Shown here: piece by piece, positions 1 to 10,708 of the stretch
Position numbering within the stretch: position 1 is the stretch's first letter
Layout: the number at the start of each line of letters is the position of its first letter
NCBI GenBank assembly: GCA_977017575.1
Contig: CDRNVI010000025.1
Coordinates: forward strand, 124,001-188,000
Direction of reading: 5' to 3'
Length of the DNA: 64,000 nt
From: Paramoeba atlantica
Taxonomy: Eukaryota > Protista > Discosea
Position numbers and translations under genes: made by a program
Notes under the pieces: model-generated
Databases searched by the model: none
What the model saw: the letters and a program-made list of their open reading frames with translations, nothing else
What the model was told of the DNA's origin: nothing

Positions 1-346
1 TGAATAGCACATTTTGAATATCAATTTTCAACCTAGAATAACAATCCTTCTAGGAAAAACGAGCAAACAAGTAAGCAAAGTAAGATGAATCATTGATGTT
101 TTCAGGTTTCGAATAGACCAGCATATTTTTCTAGGGTAAGCAGCATAAGCTTCTAAGATATAGCGATGCTCAACAGCAACAGCCTCTCGTGAAACATCAA
201 CATCATACCAAGAATGATTGAGAAATTTATTTTTGGAGTTCTTTTACTGCTTCATACCACCTACCCAATTCGCATCCGGAATGTAGTCTCGAAGCTGGGA
301 CACCACCGTATACGCTGAAAACTTCTCAATCTCAAGCTGAAAGGCA

Positions 347-1078
347 TCACGTTGACTGCTTGGATTGAAATACACGAAGGACAACAAACCTACTCTTTCG
401 TTCACAAAGGGTCAGGATGAAATACCCACTTTTCTTTGCTCCCTCAATTAAATCGGCCTCCCAATCACCATACCGACGTCGTGTGTTTACTATTTGGGGA
501 CGATGATCGATAGAAACCCGGTTTGGAATGGTACTTCGACCATGAATGCGTCGAACATAAGGCCGCCTTCCGCGGATCCGTAGGCACTTATGAATCTTCC
601 CTCCATTATCTCGACGAACAAATCGATAGATCGTGGAAGTGGATGGTGAACCTTGTGAGCCGACAACAAGTGTATTAGCAACCTGCTCCGGGCTGTGAAG
701 CTTTCGGAGACGGGTCTTTACACTTTTTTCAAGACTGGATCGAATTAGACGTGGTCTGGTTCCTTTATTAACCAGTCGTCTCTTGGCAACACGATGGGCA
801 CGGCTGGAACGGTATTGCCCACCTCTTTTCCTGTTGCGTGCCAGCTCACGACATACCGTACTTGGGGACTTATCAATTGATCGGGAAATTTCCCTCTTCG
901 TGGCGCCACTTTCAAACATCGTTTGAATATCTTTGCGATTGTTTTCAGATAATCTTCTGTACTTTGGCATGAATGAACTGAATTATGTAGAAATTAGTAT
1001 ATGAAGTGTATTATGTAGAAATTAACCTTTTGTTGCGCTGAGTATGACAAATTGTTGCACTGACATTGACAATCCACA
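347..1078 (-). mobile_element. IS30-family insertion sequence, left end plus 3'-truncated transposase
   Basis: ORF 347-970 has IS30 hallmarks: N-terminal HTH (YRRLS..RKDI..ATKREISRSIDKSPSTVCREL.RN), SPEQVA, TIYR, RVSIDHRP, GDWEADLIEG..LTLCERKSR. It stops after the first catalytic Asp and the DNA below 347 shows no IS30 continuation. 1053-1078 (rc TGTGGATTGTCAATGTCAGTGCAACA) is a 26-bp TGT...GCAACA end resembling IS30 inverted repeats as recalled. Confidence 0.85.
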
Positions 1079-1259
1079 ACATCTTGGCGCCCAGCGTACT
1101 TTATGACGCGGGGCTGCTTTTTGACCGGGTGCTACCCACACATTCGCGGGATAGCTTCCTTTTTGACACACCCTGACCGTCCCTCATCCTTAACAAAAGC
1201 TTTCCGCTATTCGTAAGCCCCTCTTTCGGTAGCCGAAAAGGAGACTTCGGCATTTTTCC

Positions 1260-1440
1260 GAAAAAATGAAGTTTTTCAAAAAAAGAAATCAGTTTTTTTA
1301 AAGATTTTTAAAAGAGCTAAAAATAGCGGGAACGTGCAGATCTCAAAATTTTGAACGATAATGTGGTGCCGTAACCCCCCTACGCCCCCCTGTGCGAAAA
1401 ATAAGGGTGGGTCACTTATTCGTTGGGGGGGGGGGGTTAT
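1260..1440 (-). mobile_element. Isolated left-end fragment of the Tc1-like family seen at 3538 and 22348
   Basis: rc of ~1410-1438 (AACCCCC..ACGAATAAGTGACC) matches the TIR at 22348, and 1270-1380 is an inverted homolog of the subterminal segment at ~3590-3700. Confidence 0.6.
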
Positions 1441-2272
1441 GATAGAAGAAAAAAAAATAAAAAGGATGCTCCGGTGGCCCAAAACAGAAAAAGAATTAAA
1501 AAAATGGGGGGTCCATGGGGGGTCCAGGGGAGGGTTCCAGGGGGGGGCATGGTCGAGCAAATTTTTTTGAAAAAAATATTTTTCGAAATAAATCCGCAGA
1601 AGGGGTAGCCGGGGTCTTAGCGAGCATTTTCCACCCCCCTACCCGGGGGTGACCCCCCCGCGTATATGCAGGATGGGTCCGCCTAGTTCGGATTTTTTGG
1701 AAAAAAAAATATTTTAAAAAAATTCAACTTGGCGAAAAAAAATGGCAAAAAAAATATTTTTCCAAAATCGATTCCCATAATGTGTTTGTAAAAATTAATG
1801 AGAGGGGTTAGAAAAAAGTCATGCTTGGTGGTCGTGCGCCGTGGAAAAATCGCTTGATCAGCGATAAGATGTGGCAAAAAGTGAAACTCAAGGCCCTTGT
1901 GCGAAGTGGGGGATGGTTCAGGAAAAAGTGCTCTATTAATGTTCACAAGGGCAGGAATCAGAGCAAAAGTATAAATTTTTGCAAAAAAGCGCCAAAAAGT
2001 GACAGATAACTAGGGGGGGTGACGTGTGACAGATAACTAGGGGGAGGTACAGTAAAAATATATAAATTTTCTTTTTTGTTAAATATTAATTTATATTTAT
2101 AGAAATTAATGAGAGGAGGAGTATACTGTGACCCCCCTTTTAATATGCACGTTTTTGGCGTTTGTATAAAAAGGGGGGTGCATAATAAATGGGAGGGAGT
2201 CCGAAAAAAATTGATTATTAAAATTAATGAGAGGTGGGTATCAAGGAAGTCTTACTCTTTGATTACACAGGC

Positions 2273-3208
2273 TCATATAGTCTCTATCTGTGTATTTTCC
2301 ATTTCAAAAGAAATTCCAAGCGGTAACTCGATTTCCCTTACTCGTCCACGTAAACTACGATTGTTTTTCACCCAACAATATCGAACCGCACTTGACAAGT
2401 ACTCCACGTTTACCAATGATTCAAATTCATTGTCGTGTGCATACAGTTCAGCTAAGGAGTCTGGCAAACTGCGAAAATCCAACGTCCCACTCAAATGATT
2501 GCAAGAGAAGTCCAAGACTAATAACTTTGTGGGAAGGTGACACAAATCTACCCCCCCTTCAAAATTATTCTCTTCCAGCCACAACTCTTCTAGATTTGGA
2601 GGCAAATCTGTGAGATTGATGTTTCCAGTAAGCTCATTATGATCCGCGTAGAGCTCCTCAAGTGACGAAGGCAAGAAGTGCATCTCAAGTACGCCAAAAA
2701 ATTGGTTATGACTAAAACTCAATGTTTTCAGTTTTGTCGGAATCAATTTCGGTACGACTTCACCTCTCAATTTATCGCCGTCAATATTCAAAGATGTAAG
2801 AGTCACTGGAAGGTACTTCCAAGCTACTGAACCACGTATTTCACCATGTACCAAAGAAAAATAACCCGATGTACTGCCCCACTTTATTGTTTTTACTTCA
2901 TCCATCTCGTTACACGTCACACCCGCCCACTCACATGCTGTTACGTTTGTACGCCATGTGGGATGCAGACCTTCCAGATTTTCAACAAAACGAGCTAAAT
3001 CGTATTCTTGTGGTAAAGCAGCACCACGAATTCTACCCGGCGCTCGTGATGTGGAGTGTGATGGTACAGAACCTGGTAGTGATGCCGTTGCCTCACTTCG
3101 AATAGGTGCGTCGTCAGCAGCGGTTACAGATGATGTACAAAGCATAAAATATGGTAATGAGTATATTGTATGCATGTAATAGTAGTGACTTATCACGGGG
3201 CGACACAT
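2273..3208 (-). CDS. Leucine-rich-repeat protein with LRR N-cap and about 6-7 repeats of 23-24 aa
   Basis: Cap motif W..NVTACEWAGVTC followed by repeats LP..L..L.L..N.(F/L).G.(L/V)(D/N)L. ORF is uninterrupted; true start codon uncertain. Confidence 0.85.
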   Translation of the reverse strand: MCRPVISHYYYMHTIYSLPYFMLCTSSVTAADDAPIRSEATASLPGSVPSHSTSRAPGRIRGAALPQEYDLARFVENLEGLHPTWRTNVTACEWAGVTCNEMDEVKTIKWGSTSGYFSLVHGEIRGSVAWKYLPVTLTSLNIDGDKLRGEVVPKLIPTKLKTLSFSHNQFFGVLEMHFLPSSLEELYADHNELTGNINLTDLPPNLEELWLEENNFEGGVDLCHLPTKLLVLDFSCNHLSGTLDFRSLPDSLAELYAHDNEFESLVNVEYLSSAVRYCWVKNNRSLRGRVREIELPLGISFEMENTQIETI

Positions 3209-3537
3209 CTTTTAATTTCCTCGTGGATGAATTATCATTGTATTCATACACCCCTTATCAGAAGTACTCCCTAGGAAAGTCAACTTTTTAGCATTGGGAT
3301 AGTCAAAATTTCAATTTTTACATGATCGACCGACGGAAGTCTTGCACACTCCGAATACATGTAATTTAAAGGCATACGCTAGCGTTAAAGGCATTAGCGT
3401 TTTAAAAGTGAGGGAGGCTGAGTGTTAGACTTGTGAAACACCGCGAAACAGCGGTTTGTTTTTTGGTCTTCTTAAGCCGGTTGAAGGTCTAAAATTCAGT
3501 ATTCAGGTTCATTTTGTATTTAACAATGCAGTTTATA

Positions 3538-4850
3538 AACCCCTCGACACGAATAAAGCACCCCCCTTTATTTTTTGCGTGCGGGGACCCATGGGGGTTG
3601 CAGCACCACTTTATCGTCCAGAATTTTGAGATCTGCACGTTCCCGGGGTTTTTAGCTTCATTTAAAACTTTTAAAAAAATTAGTTTCAGAAATATTTTTT
3701 TTCTAAAATTTCATGGTAAAATCCAAGTACCGTCCCCCAAAGTGGGGGATGACCCCTATAGGTAAGACATTATTGCGCCTGAGGTTCGAGGACGGTGTCC
3801 CAAAGAAGCAACTTGCACGAGAATTTAATATTTCTGTAAAATATGTGAGGCAATATCTGAAAGCAAAAGAAACCAATAAAACCAAAATATTTACACCGAA
3901 AAAAAATATCTTACGTCGCAGAAAAAAAATAGTAACCATTATTTCACCAAAAGACCTTGCTGGAGTGCCGAAACACAGCAGCGGGGAGATTGAGTAAAAA
4001 GGGGGTACATGTCACAAAACGCACTGTTCAACGTGACTTAAAAGCAATGAAATATACTTATTCCCCACGCCCGGTTACTATGGCGTTGACCGAACGTCAG
4101 AAGGCTAAAAGGGTTGAGTTTGCCTTAGCATGGAATGGGGATTCACGCATAATTGTATTTTCTGATGAAAAAATCTTTGATACTAATGATATGCGTAAAA
4201 AAATGTGGGTTGCCCCGGGCGAAAAGGCTACTCCAAGGCAGAAAATGCATTGGGCCCCAAAATGCCATGTGTGGGGTGCCATTGGAGTTGGGTGGCGTTA
4301 TCTAGCTATTCTTCCCAATGACAGCTCAACTACGAGCGAAACGTATATTAAAACCCTGCGTAAGACTCCTTTCCCCCGTAATTTTATTTTTCAACAAGAT
4401 GGAGCAGGCGCACACACTGCAAAAATGACAAAGTCTTATCTTTTTGAATCAGAAATTCAGTATATCAAAAATTGGCCTGCCAACTCACCTGACCTCAATC
4501 CTATAGAAAATGTATGGGAAATGATACAGCAACGAGTATGTGGAATGATCCCCTCCAGTACTACTTCGCTTATTAGGTGTGTAAAAAAAGCATTTAAAGA
4601 AATCCCCCGAAGGGAAATAAATAAAACTGTTTTAAGCTTCGATCGTCGACTAGAAGCCTGCGTAAAGTGCAAGGGAGAAAAAGTGAAAAAGTGGTAATCG
4701 TCTACTTATATTTTACCTTAGTCACCCCAGGACAATTTTACAAGGTGCGCAAAGTCTATTCACTGAGATCTGCAAAATGCCACAAGAATTAGCCCAAACG
4801 GACTTACCATACAAATTTTAGAGGGGGGTGCTTTATTGTGTCGAGGGGTT
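3538..4850 (+). mobile_element. Tc1/IS630-like DNA transposon (DD35E), transposase split by one frameshift
   Basis: TIRs AACCCCTCGACAC(G)AATAAAGCACCCCCCT at both ends flanked by TA. ORFs 3713-3997 (HTH) and 3957-4697 (FSDEK, FQQDGA, NSPDLNPIEN; 35 aa between second D and E by hand count). Confidence 0.92.
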
Positions 4851-4862
4851 TATACATATATA

Positions 4863-6883
4863 CAGGGGTGCAAATCAGATGCTGGGGGGTCTAAAATTGG
4901 CAATGTTTACGCAATTTTGGAAAATAATAGCGCATTCGAGAGCTCTCGCAGAGATCTACATGTATGTATTTGGATAGGCGGTTTCCCGGGGTGTAAGGGG
5001 GTGGTCAACTGAGGAGAAGCCCAAAAACGTCAAAATGCAAAAAATGAATGAAAATTTTTGTACGTTCAATAATTACAACTTTCCCCTTTTTTTTCTACTA
5101 CTATGTCGAAACGCCACGGCATGCTGTTTAAAGTGTTTATGAGCATGTCATGACCATCTGTTTCAATGTAATCAACCGCCTTTTCAATAGAACATCCCCG
5201 GTTTCCTCAAATCGCTTAACCCACAACTTAACATGTTGTCGTGGACGCCTTGTCTTTGGCAAGTGGCACTGTAGGAGTTTGTATTCTCGTAATCTTTAAC
5301 GAGAAGCGTCCTGTGTGAATATTTTGTGTGCCCCGGGGGTTCATGTGATCTATCGGGGAAATTGAACGAGAATTCGCTTTCCAAAAATTTGGTAATAAAT
5401 ATTGAGAAAAGCGGGGGAAATTATCCATGTACTTTTTAGAAAAAAGATTTTACATTTTTCTGAATTCCTTACATGGTGTGTCAGGGGTGTCGTGGATTCA
5501 CGTGCCGTCGGAAGCTAGCTATTAGTAAGGTAGCAAAGTGGTCAGAGGCTCAATGTCGACACTGGTTAAAATGCCATGATCTTGTTGTAAGGAAGGTGAT
5601 ATGCAACAATCGAAGTCACTCCTCTCCATTGGAAATGCGATTGAGCGACGAAAAGTGGCGGTGTACCAAAAAGTGCAAAGGGGTGTATGACATTCTTGGG
5701 CCCCTGGTTCCAGGGAATGCAAAACGCACTGCAAAGCAAGTGCTGAAATTTCTTATTTTGTACTCCCGTGGCGAGCCACATGCGGTATCAGCGGAGGAGA
5801 CGGGCTTAAGTGTGACGACCATGGTCAGGCTGCGCCAAGCGTTGGATTCTATGATCGGGACGATACACGTACTTCGAAGAATTCGTCGCCATGGAACATT
5901 GACCTCCATGCAGTGCGATGAAACGTTCTTCTCAACGAGGAAGCGGGGAGGCAACAATCGTACTCGACGTGTCAGACGTGAAGGGCCGCAAGTCGCTCAA
6001 ACTGTAGTTGAAACGACAAGACAAACTAAAATCTCTGAAATATTTATGGACGTTGTCCCCGATCGAAGCACATCGTCACTTATTCCAAACATCGAAGCTC
6101 TGGCTGCGGGATCGAGAACTAGGATCTGGACTGATTCCGCTCGTCACAATCTGCAACTGCAAGGTAGATACAAGTGGGAAAAAGTGGTTCACCGACGCGA
6201 GTGGGTAACCCAGGAAGGCGTTCATACAAAGACAGTTGAGTCGGCTAATTCACTTGTGAAGAAGACGCTCAAGCGTGAAGGGGGTGTACTCGGTCGGGGG
6301 GATGAAAAGCGCGGCAGCCGAGTACGAGCTTTAGCTGAGAAAAGCAATGGAAAGTTGAAGATAAATGGTAACGACGCTTTACTTCGTATGCTGAAAAATC
6401 TTTGGTATTTCTGTGAAGTTATTGATATTTAATATATTAGCTATACAAAGAGGTGTGAGAGAGAAAGTCGGAAAAGCACGTGTAAAGAGAGGTGTGGCAA
6501 AATAAGTGTACGAAGGACATTTTTTCCTGCATAAATAGACGAAATTATTGAAAAATAGAAGAAAAGCGAATTCTCGTTCAATTTACCCGATCTATCAGAT
6601 AAACTTTTGCTGTTTTGCTTAGAGCGGGATCGCTTTTGCGGCATAATAGTGAGCTGAAAAACAAAAAAAAGACGGAAAAAACTGCAAAAATTGAAAAATC
6701 TGCAACTTTTAGGGGGGTAAAAAACCTTTGAAAAAATATATTTTTCAAATTTGTTTTCTTTTAAAGTGATAATAGCGCCAAAACATAGATCTCTGCGAGA
6801 GCTCTCGAATGCGCTATTATTGTCCAAAATTGCGCAAACATTGCTAATTTTATACCCCCCCCAGCATCTGATTTTCACCCCTG
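4863..6883 (+). mobile_element. TA-flanked element with ~100-bp TIRs (CAGGGGTG...) enclosing a Merlin/IS1595-type transposase gene
   Basis: CAGGGGTGCAAATCAGATGCTGGGGGG...GCATTCGAGAGCTCTCGCAGAGATCTA at 4863-4958 is inverted at ~6787-6883; TA on both sides. Confidence 0.8.
5473..6432 (+). CDS. Merlin / ISXO2 (IS1595 family) DDE transposase
   Basis: N-terminal Cys/His motifs, then DETFF..RK, V.DRS..SLIP.I, IWTD, VVH..EWV..EGVHTKTVESANS.VK, the typical IS1595/Merlin catalytic pattern. Confidence 0.85.
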   Translation: MVCQGCRGFTCRRKLAISKVAKWSEAQCRHWLKCHDLVVRKVICNNRSHSSPLEMRLSDEKWRCTKKCKGVYDILGPLVPGNAKRTAKQVLKFLILYSRGEPHAVSAEETGLSVTTMVRLRQALDSMIGTIHVLRRIRRHGTLTSMQCDETFFSTRKRGGNNRTRRVRREGPQVAQTVVETTRQTKISEIFMDVVPDRSTSSLIPNIEALAAGSRTRIWTDSARHNLQLQGRYKWEKVVHRREWVTQEGVHTKTVESANSLVKKTLKREGGVLGRGDEKRGSRVRALAEKSNGKLKINGNDALLRMLKNLWYFCEVIDI

Positions 6884-6891
6884 TATACATA

Positions 6892-8449
6892 CAGGGGTGA
6901 AAATCCCATGGTGGGGGGGGGTCTAAAATTCGTAAAATTTGTCCAATTTTGGAAAATAATAGCGCGTTCGAGAGCTCTCGCAGAGTTGTATGTTTTAAGA
7001 TAGGCAGTTTGCGGGGGTTAGGGGGGTACCCCCCTTTGATGGAAGGGTCAAAAACACGATTTGCAAATTTGAAAAACTGTAAAAAATGGTCAAAAATTAC
7101 CCTTAATACCCACAGGAAGACCCGTTTCGCTCAATAACGATGCGACAACGCTTGCGGAAACTGCTAATCGTGTTAATACATTCTTGCTTGCGTTCTGATT
7201 GTAATCTTTCGAACGCTGTCTCAATGGCCGATACTAATTCAGCCCGATTCTTGGGTCGAAGATCATTTTTGATCCTGTCCATGGTCCCCCAAAGGTTTTC
7301 AATGGTGTTTAAATCGGGGGATTTTGCAGGCCAAGAGAGTACATTAATACCTTCGTTGCGAAAGGTTGTTCGCGCAGAATTATGAACAGGACAATTATCC
7401 ATTGCAACGACCCCAGATGGGTGGCGCCTCAAATAATTTAAAAGTCCTTTGCGCTTCTTCATGGCGTCATTGAAAACATCCCCTGTTACAGTTACTTTTC
7501 GGCCGGAAGGGTCGTGGGAGGGAAAAATGTGTAGATGAAATCCATGATTTTAACTGACCCCCATCCACACCATGACGCCGTTCCCTCCATATCAAGGTTC
7601 TAGCTCTCCCTGCTGTTCCTTGGCGGGGTCAGTCTTCCGGCAAAGGTAAGTAATTTTGTTTCGTCCCCTACCGCAAGTGAACTTCTTCTCATCGCAGAAA
7701 ACAATTTGTCTCAGTTGGGTATCTGACCAAGTGAGCATCTCAGAACAAAAATGCACTCGTTTCCTCTTGTGTTCATCGGTCAGTGCGGGCTTTCTTTTTA
7801 AAGTTCGCATGATCATACCATGGTTCTTCATGGCGTTAACCAAAGTTGGTCTTGAACACTGAAATCCAAGAGAAAGCACAACTCTATGGAGTGCACACCA
7901 GTTCTCAATCCCGGACGGGAGGTCACGGTATCCCTCATCAATGAGGCGGATAGCTGCTTCGTGCAGCGCAGGGGTACTGACAGGAGATGGGCGTGAAATA
8001 GGAGAGCTTTCCACGTCTCCAGTGTTCTCATAGCGTATCACAAGACGTTTTACTGTATTTTCGTGGACGCCGAAGTTTTGGGCTGTCCGAGAATAGGACC
8101 CTGTCTCAAGATAATCTGAGACAAGAAGCATACGGTGACTTGGTATCACTCGTGCGGGGGAGGAATAGGACCTGTCGCTGAGTACACCACGTGAGGTTCG
8201 GGAATGAATCCGTTTCTGGGGCATATAGTGCTAATATTGACTGAAAAACAGCTAAAAACTGAAAAAACGTAAATTTGGGCAAGAAAAAAATCATGATTTT
8301 TTTGTCTCATCGTTTCATGTTGAGTCACAGGCCGCAAATAGTGCTAAAACATACAACTCTGTGAGAGCTCTCGAATGCGCTATTACTTTCCAAAATTGGA
8401 TAATTTTTACGAATTTTAGACCCCCCCCACCACGAGGTTTTCACCCCTG
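6892..8449 (-). mobile_element. Tc1-like DNA transposon with degenerate transposase
   Basis: TIRs of the same CAGGGGTG family at 6892-~6990 and ~8345-8449, TA-flanked. ORFs 7592-8224 (HTH, KRKP.LT..HKRKRVHF, VFCDEKKF) and 7103-7462 (MDNCPVH, WPAKSPDLNTIENLW). Confidence 0.88.
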
Positions 8450-8659
8450 TATATGTATGCTGAGGAATAGCGTGTATGAGATTGATAACCTCAATAAAAT
8501 ATCTTTTCCTGACACTTCCCTGTTCATATACTGTGACCCCCCCTTTAATGTAGACACAATTTCGCGCTTTGTCTCTACTAAAGGGGGGGATGAAATGAGA
8601 ATCCGAATCACGAAAAAAAAAATCGGCGCCGCTTCCCCCGCAGGGCACCAATTCCCGTA

Positions 8660-8733
8660 CCCGGTGTGGGCGTAGTTGGCAGACGGTGGGCCTTCCAACC
8701 TGTAAGTTGGGGGTTCGATTCCCGCTATCGACA
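8660..8733 (+). pseudogene. Degenerate tRNA-Gly(TCC)-like sequence (tRNA pseudogene or SINE head)
   Basis: A-box-like TGGGCGTAGTTGG, anticodon loop CTTCCAA, B box GGTTCGATTCCC. Acceptor stem pairs 5 of 7 and the anticodon stem is broken. Confidence 0.65.
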
Positions 8734-9670
8734 AACTTGCAGCCTGGCGGCCACACTACAAAGGGAAAGCGATCACGAGTGCCTTCAAGGCCCACACCCA
8801 ACCCCGATCCCCGGGAGGACCGACCAGGAACCGAGCTGAACCAGGCTCCAGCGCAGCCTCTAAATTGCGAGCTGCTTACGCAAAGGAGGCTTGAGACACA
8901 GCCTACACGATGCAACGGGGTGGACGCCCGTCCTGGTAGCTACGGTTGGGTAGTCGTGCTCGGGCCGGAAGGCGTCGAGTGCCGTCTGGGAAAGGGGTTG
9001 CAAGATAATGAAGGTCGGTGACCTGAGACTCTACCCTAACGGTTGGCGCTGCAGAGCTCTCCGTGTCTTCTTCTTCTTCTTCCCGTACCCGTCGTGGGCG
9101 TCAAACAACTTTAAACACGTCGGCACCCCCCTGGACAAGCGGAAACTGGTAGAGGCGTTCGGTTCTCGTACCCCCAACCGTCTGTGAAGGGCCTGGCGTG
9201 TCACCCTTGAAGGAGGGTGGCAAGTTCCCAAAGGAGGCACAACCTCCTGAGGGAGCCAGCGGCCAGCTTGGGCGACCCGGTGCCCTTCATTCACTCAGAA
9301 GCGCATTTGCCGTCCTGCGATCGTCACCTCCGTTAAAGGTAAGAAATTGATGATTTTACGTGGTGCAAAGCGTCGAAACTGCTCTAGAGCGCGCGAAAGA
9401 GGGAGATGTTGTTTTTTCATGCAGGGCAAGACCTGCAGAGATATTTAGGCCCAGCAGGGGTAGGCGCAATCAACGCTTCCTGCTGGTCCTTTTTGACTTC
9501 CTCGGCGACACAGGGAAAAGCGCGGGATATCTTCCCCGGGAAGGCGAAGAGAGACGGCCTCATCGGGATAAGGTGTCTCGAGATGTTCAGTGAGCGCAAT
9601 GCTCCAGGGAAGACATACGGATTTGTGGGACGCGGATGGTATTCCCATCGTACATGCTACAAATTTTTCC

Positions 9671-9830
9671 TTCTGTACCTTGTTGGTACATTTTCCTTTA
9701 GTTCATCTTTTCTTTCCCCGGCAACGGGCATGGTCTTACTGTTTTGTATGCCCGTTGCCGGCCGGCACTAAGGCCGAAACTGTCCCTCTTTCTCGGCGAA
9801 GCAGGGGACGCGCTTCCACCCCATCACCCC
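9671..9830 (+). ncRNA. Partial SL exon (15 nt) followed by a conserved stem-loop module, copy 1
   Basis: TTCTGTACCTTGTTG, then GTACATTTTCCTTTAG, then 14-bp stem CCGGCAACGGGCAT/ATGCCCGTTGCCGG. Homologous to the inverted copy at 10530-10708. Confidence 0.6.
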
Positions 9831-9975
9831 TCCCCGGCTCACTCTTTGAGTGAGTTTACTTCCCTCCCCGGCTTTCTTACCTTCGCGCCTTTCCTTCCCG
9901 GGGAGCCATGCGCCATGGTGGCCTCCCTTGAGGTCCACTGGGCGTGGCTCTGCCTCGTTTTATCGCGAGGCAACG

Positions 9976-10118
9976 GTCGGTTGCAGTGCGCCCCTCCGGC
10001 TGCGTAAAGAGGTGGTGAGTTGCCTGGACCACCTCTACTGACTGGGACCGAGTCGGTTGCAGTACGCCCCTCCGGCTGCGTAAAGAGAGGGCGAGTTGCC
10101 CGGACCCCCTCTACCGAC
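9976..10118 (+). repeat. Two tandem ~76-bp repeats with a conserved predicted three-way-junction fold
   Basis: Units start at 9976 and 10052 (GTCGGTTGCAGT(G/A)CGCCCCTCCGGCTGCGTAAAGAG...). Confidence 0.8.
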
Positions 10119-10529
10119 AGAGTCCGTGCCAAATGCCCCTTGGTGCGACATCCGTTGTGGGCGGATCATGTGCCGATAATATCGGCCGTCGCATCAAGGG
10201 CTGTATCCCTGCGCCAATGAGCGCATGAACATCAGCCATCCATGGTTCATGATACAACATGGTCAGGGCCATGGATGCATGCTGGAAAATGGAGTCATGA
10301 TTCATGATGCATCATGGGCATCGGGGTCCCACAGAATCCGCCACGGCTGATGCGCAAGAGAGGTGCATAGAACATCCTCTAGAACACGCATACAACGTGT
10401 TTGCTCGCCGTGTGGGAGACTTCCAGCGTTTGGAAGCCTCCTGCGCTATGTACCGGTGTCGCGCGCTGGGGAAGGCACGCCGCGCGGTCCCGTAGAAGGG
10501 TCCTGCAGCGCATGGAGACTCGGAATCGT

Positions 10530-10708
10530 GTTCCGAGCGGGGTGGTGGGAGATGAAGGAAGGGAGGCGCACCCCTACTTTACGACAAGAGGGACAGTTCC
10601 TTTCCTAGCGCCATCCGGAAACGGGCATTGACATAGTAAAAATATGCCCGTTTCCGGGAGGGAAAAGATGAGCTAGGAAACAACAAGGTACAGAAACTGT
10701 ATCTTTAT
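10530..10708 (-). ncRNA. SL exon core (28 nt) followed by the same stem-loop module, copy 2
   Basis: rc of 10681-10708 = ATAAAGATACAGTTTCTGTACCTTGTTG, then TTTCCTAGCTCATCTTTTCCC and a perfect 14-bp stem CCGGAAACGGGCAT/ATGCCCGTTTCCGG. Confidence 0.65.

Noticed and set aside
3940-4000. Programmed frameshift in the Tc1 transposase
   Set aside because: The sister copy (22348-23698) is open here and broken elsewhere (~23000), so these are independent lesions or sequencing errors. Many other frameshifts in the window also fall at short homopolymers.
9671-9800. Bona fide SL RNA gene
   Set aside because: GT follows the exon, but only 15 nt of exon are present, there is no tandem array or T-tract terminator, and the homologous copy lacks the GT. 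Kept only as an SL-headed module.
9758-9812. HDV-like or hammerhead ribozyme (GGCCGGCA...GTCCC...GGCGAAGCAGGGGAC)
   Set aside because: Superficial word matches only; the nested P1/P3/L3 order and the CUGANGA core could not be built, and the words are not conserved in the second copy.
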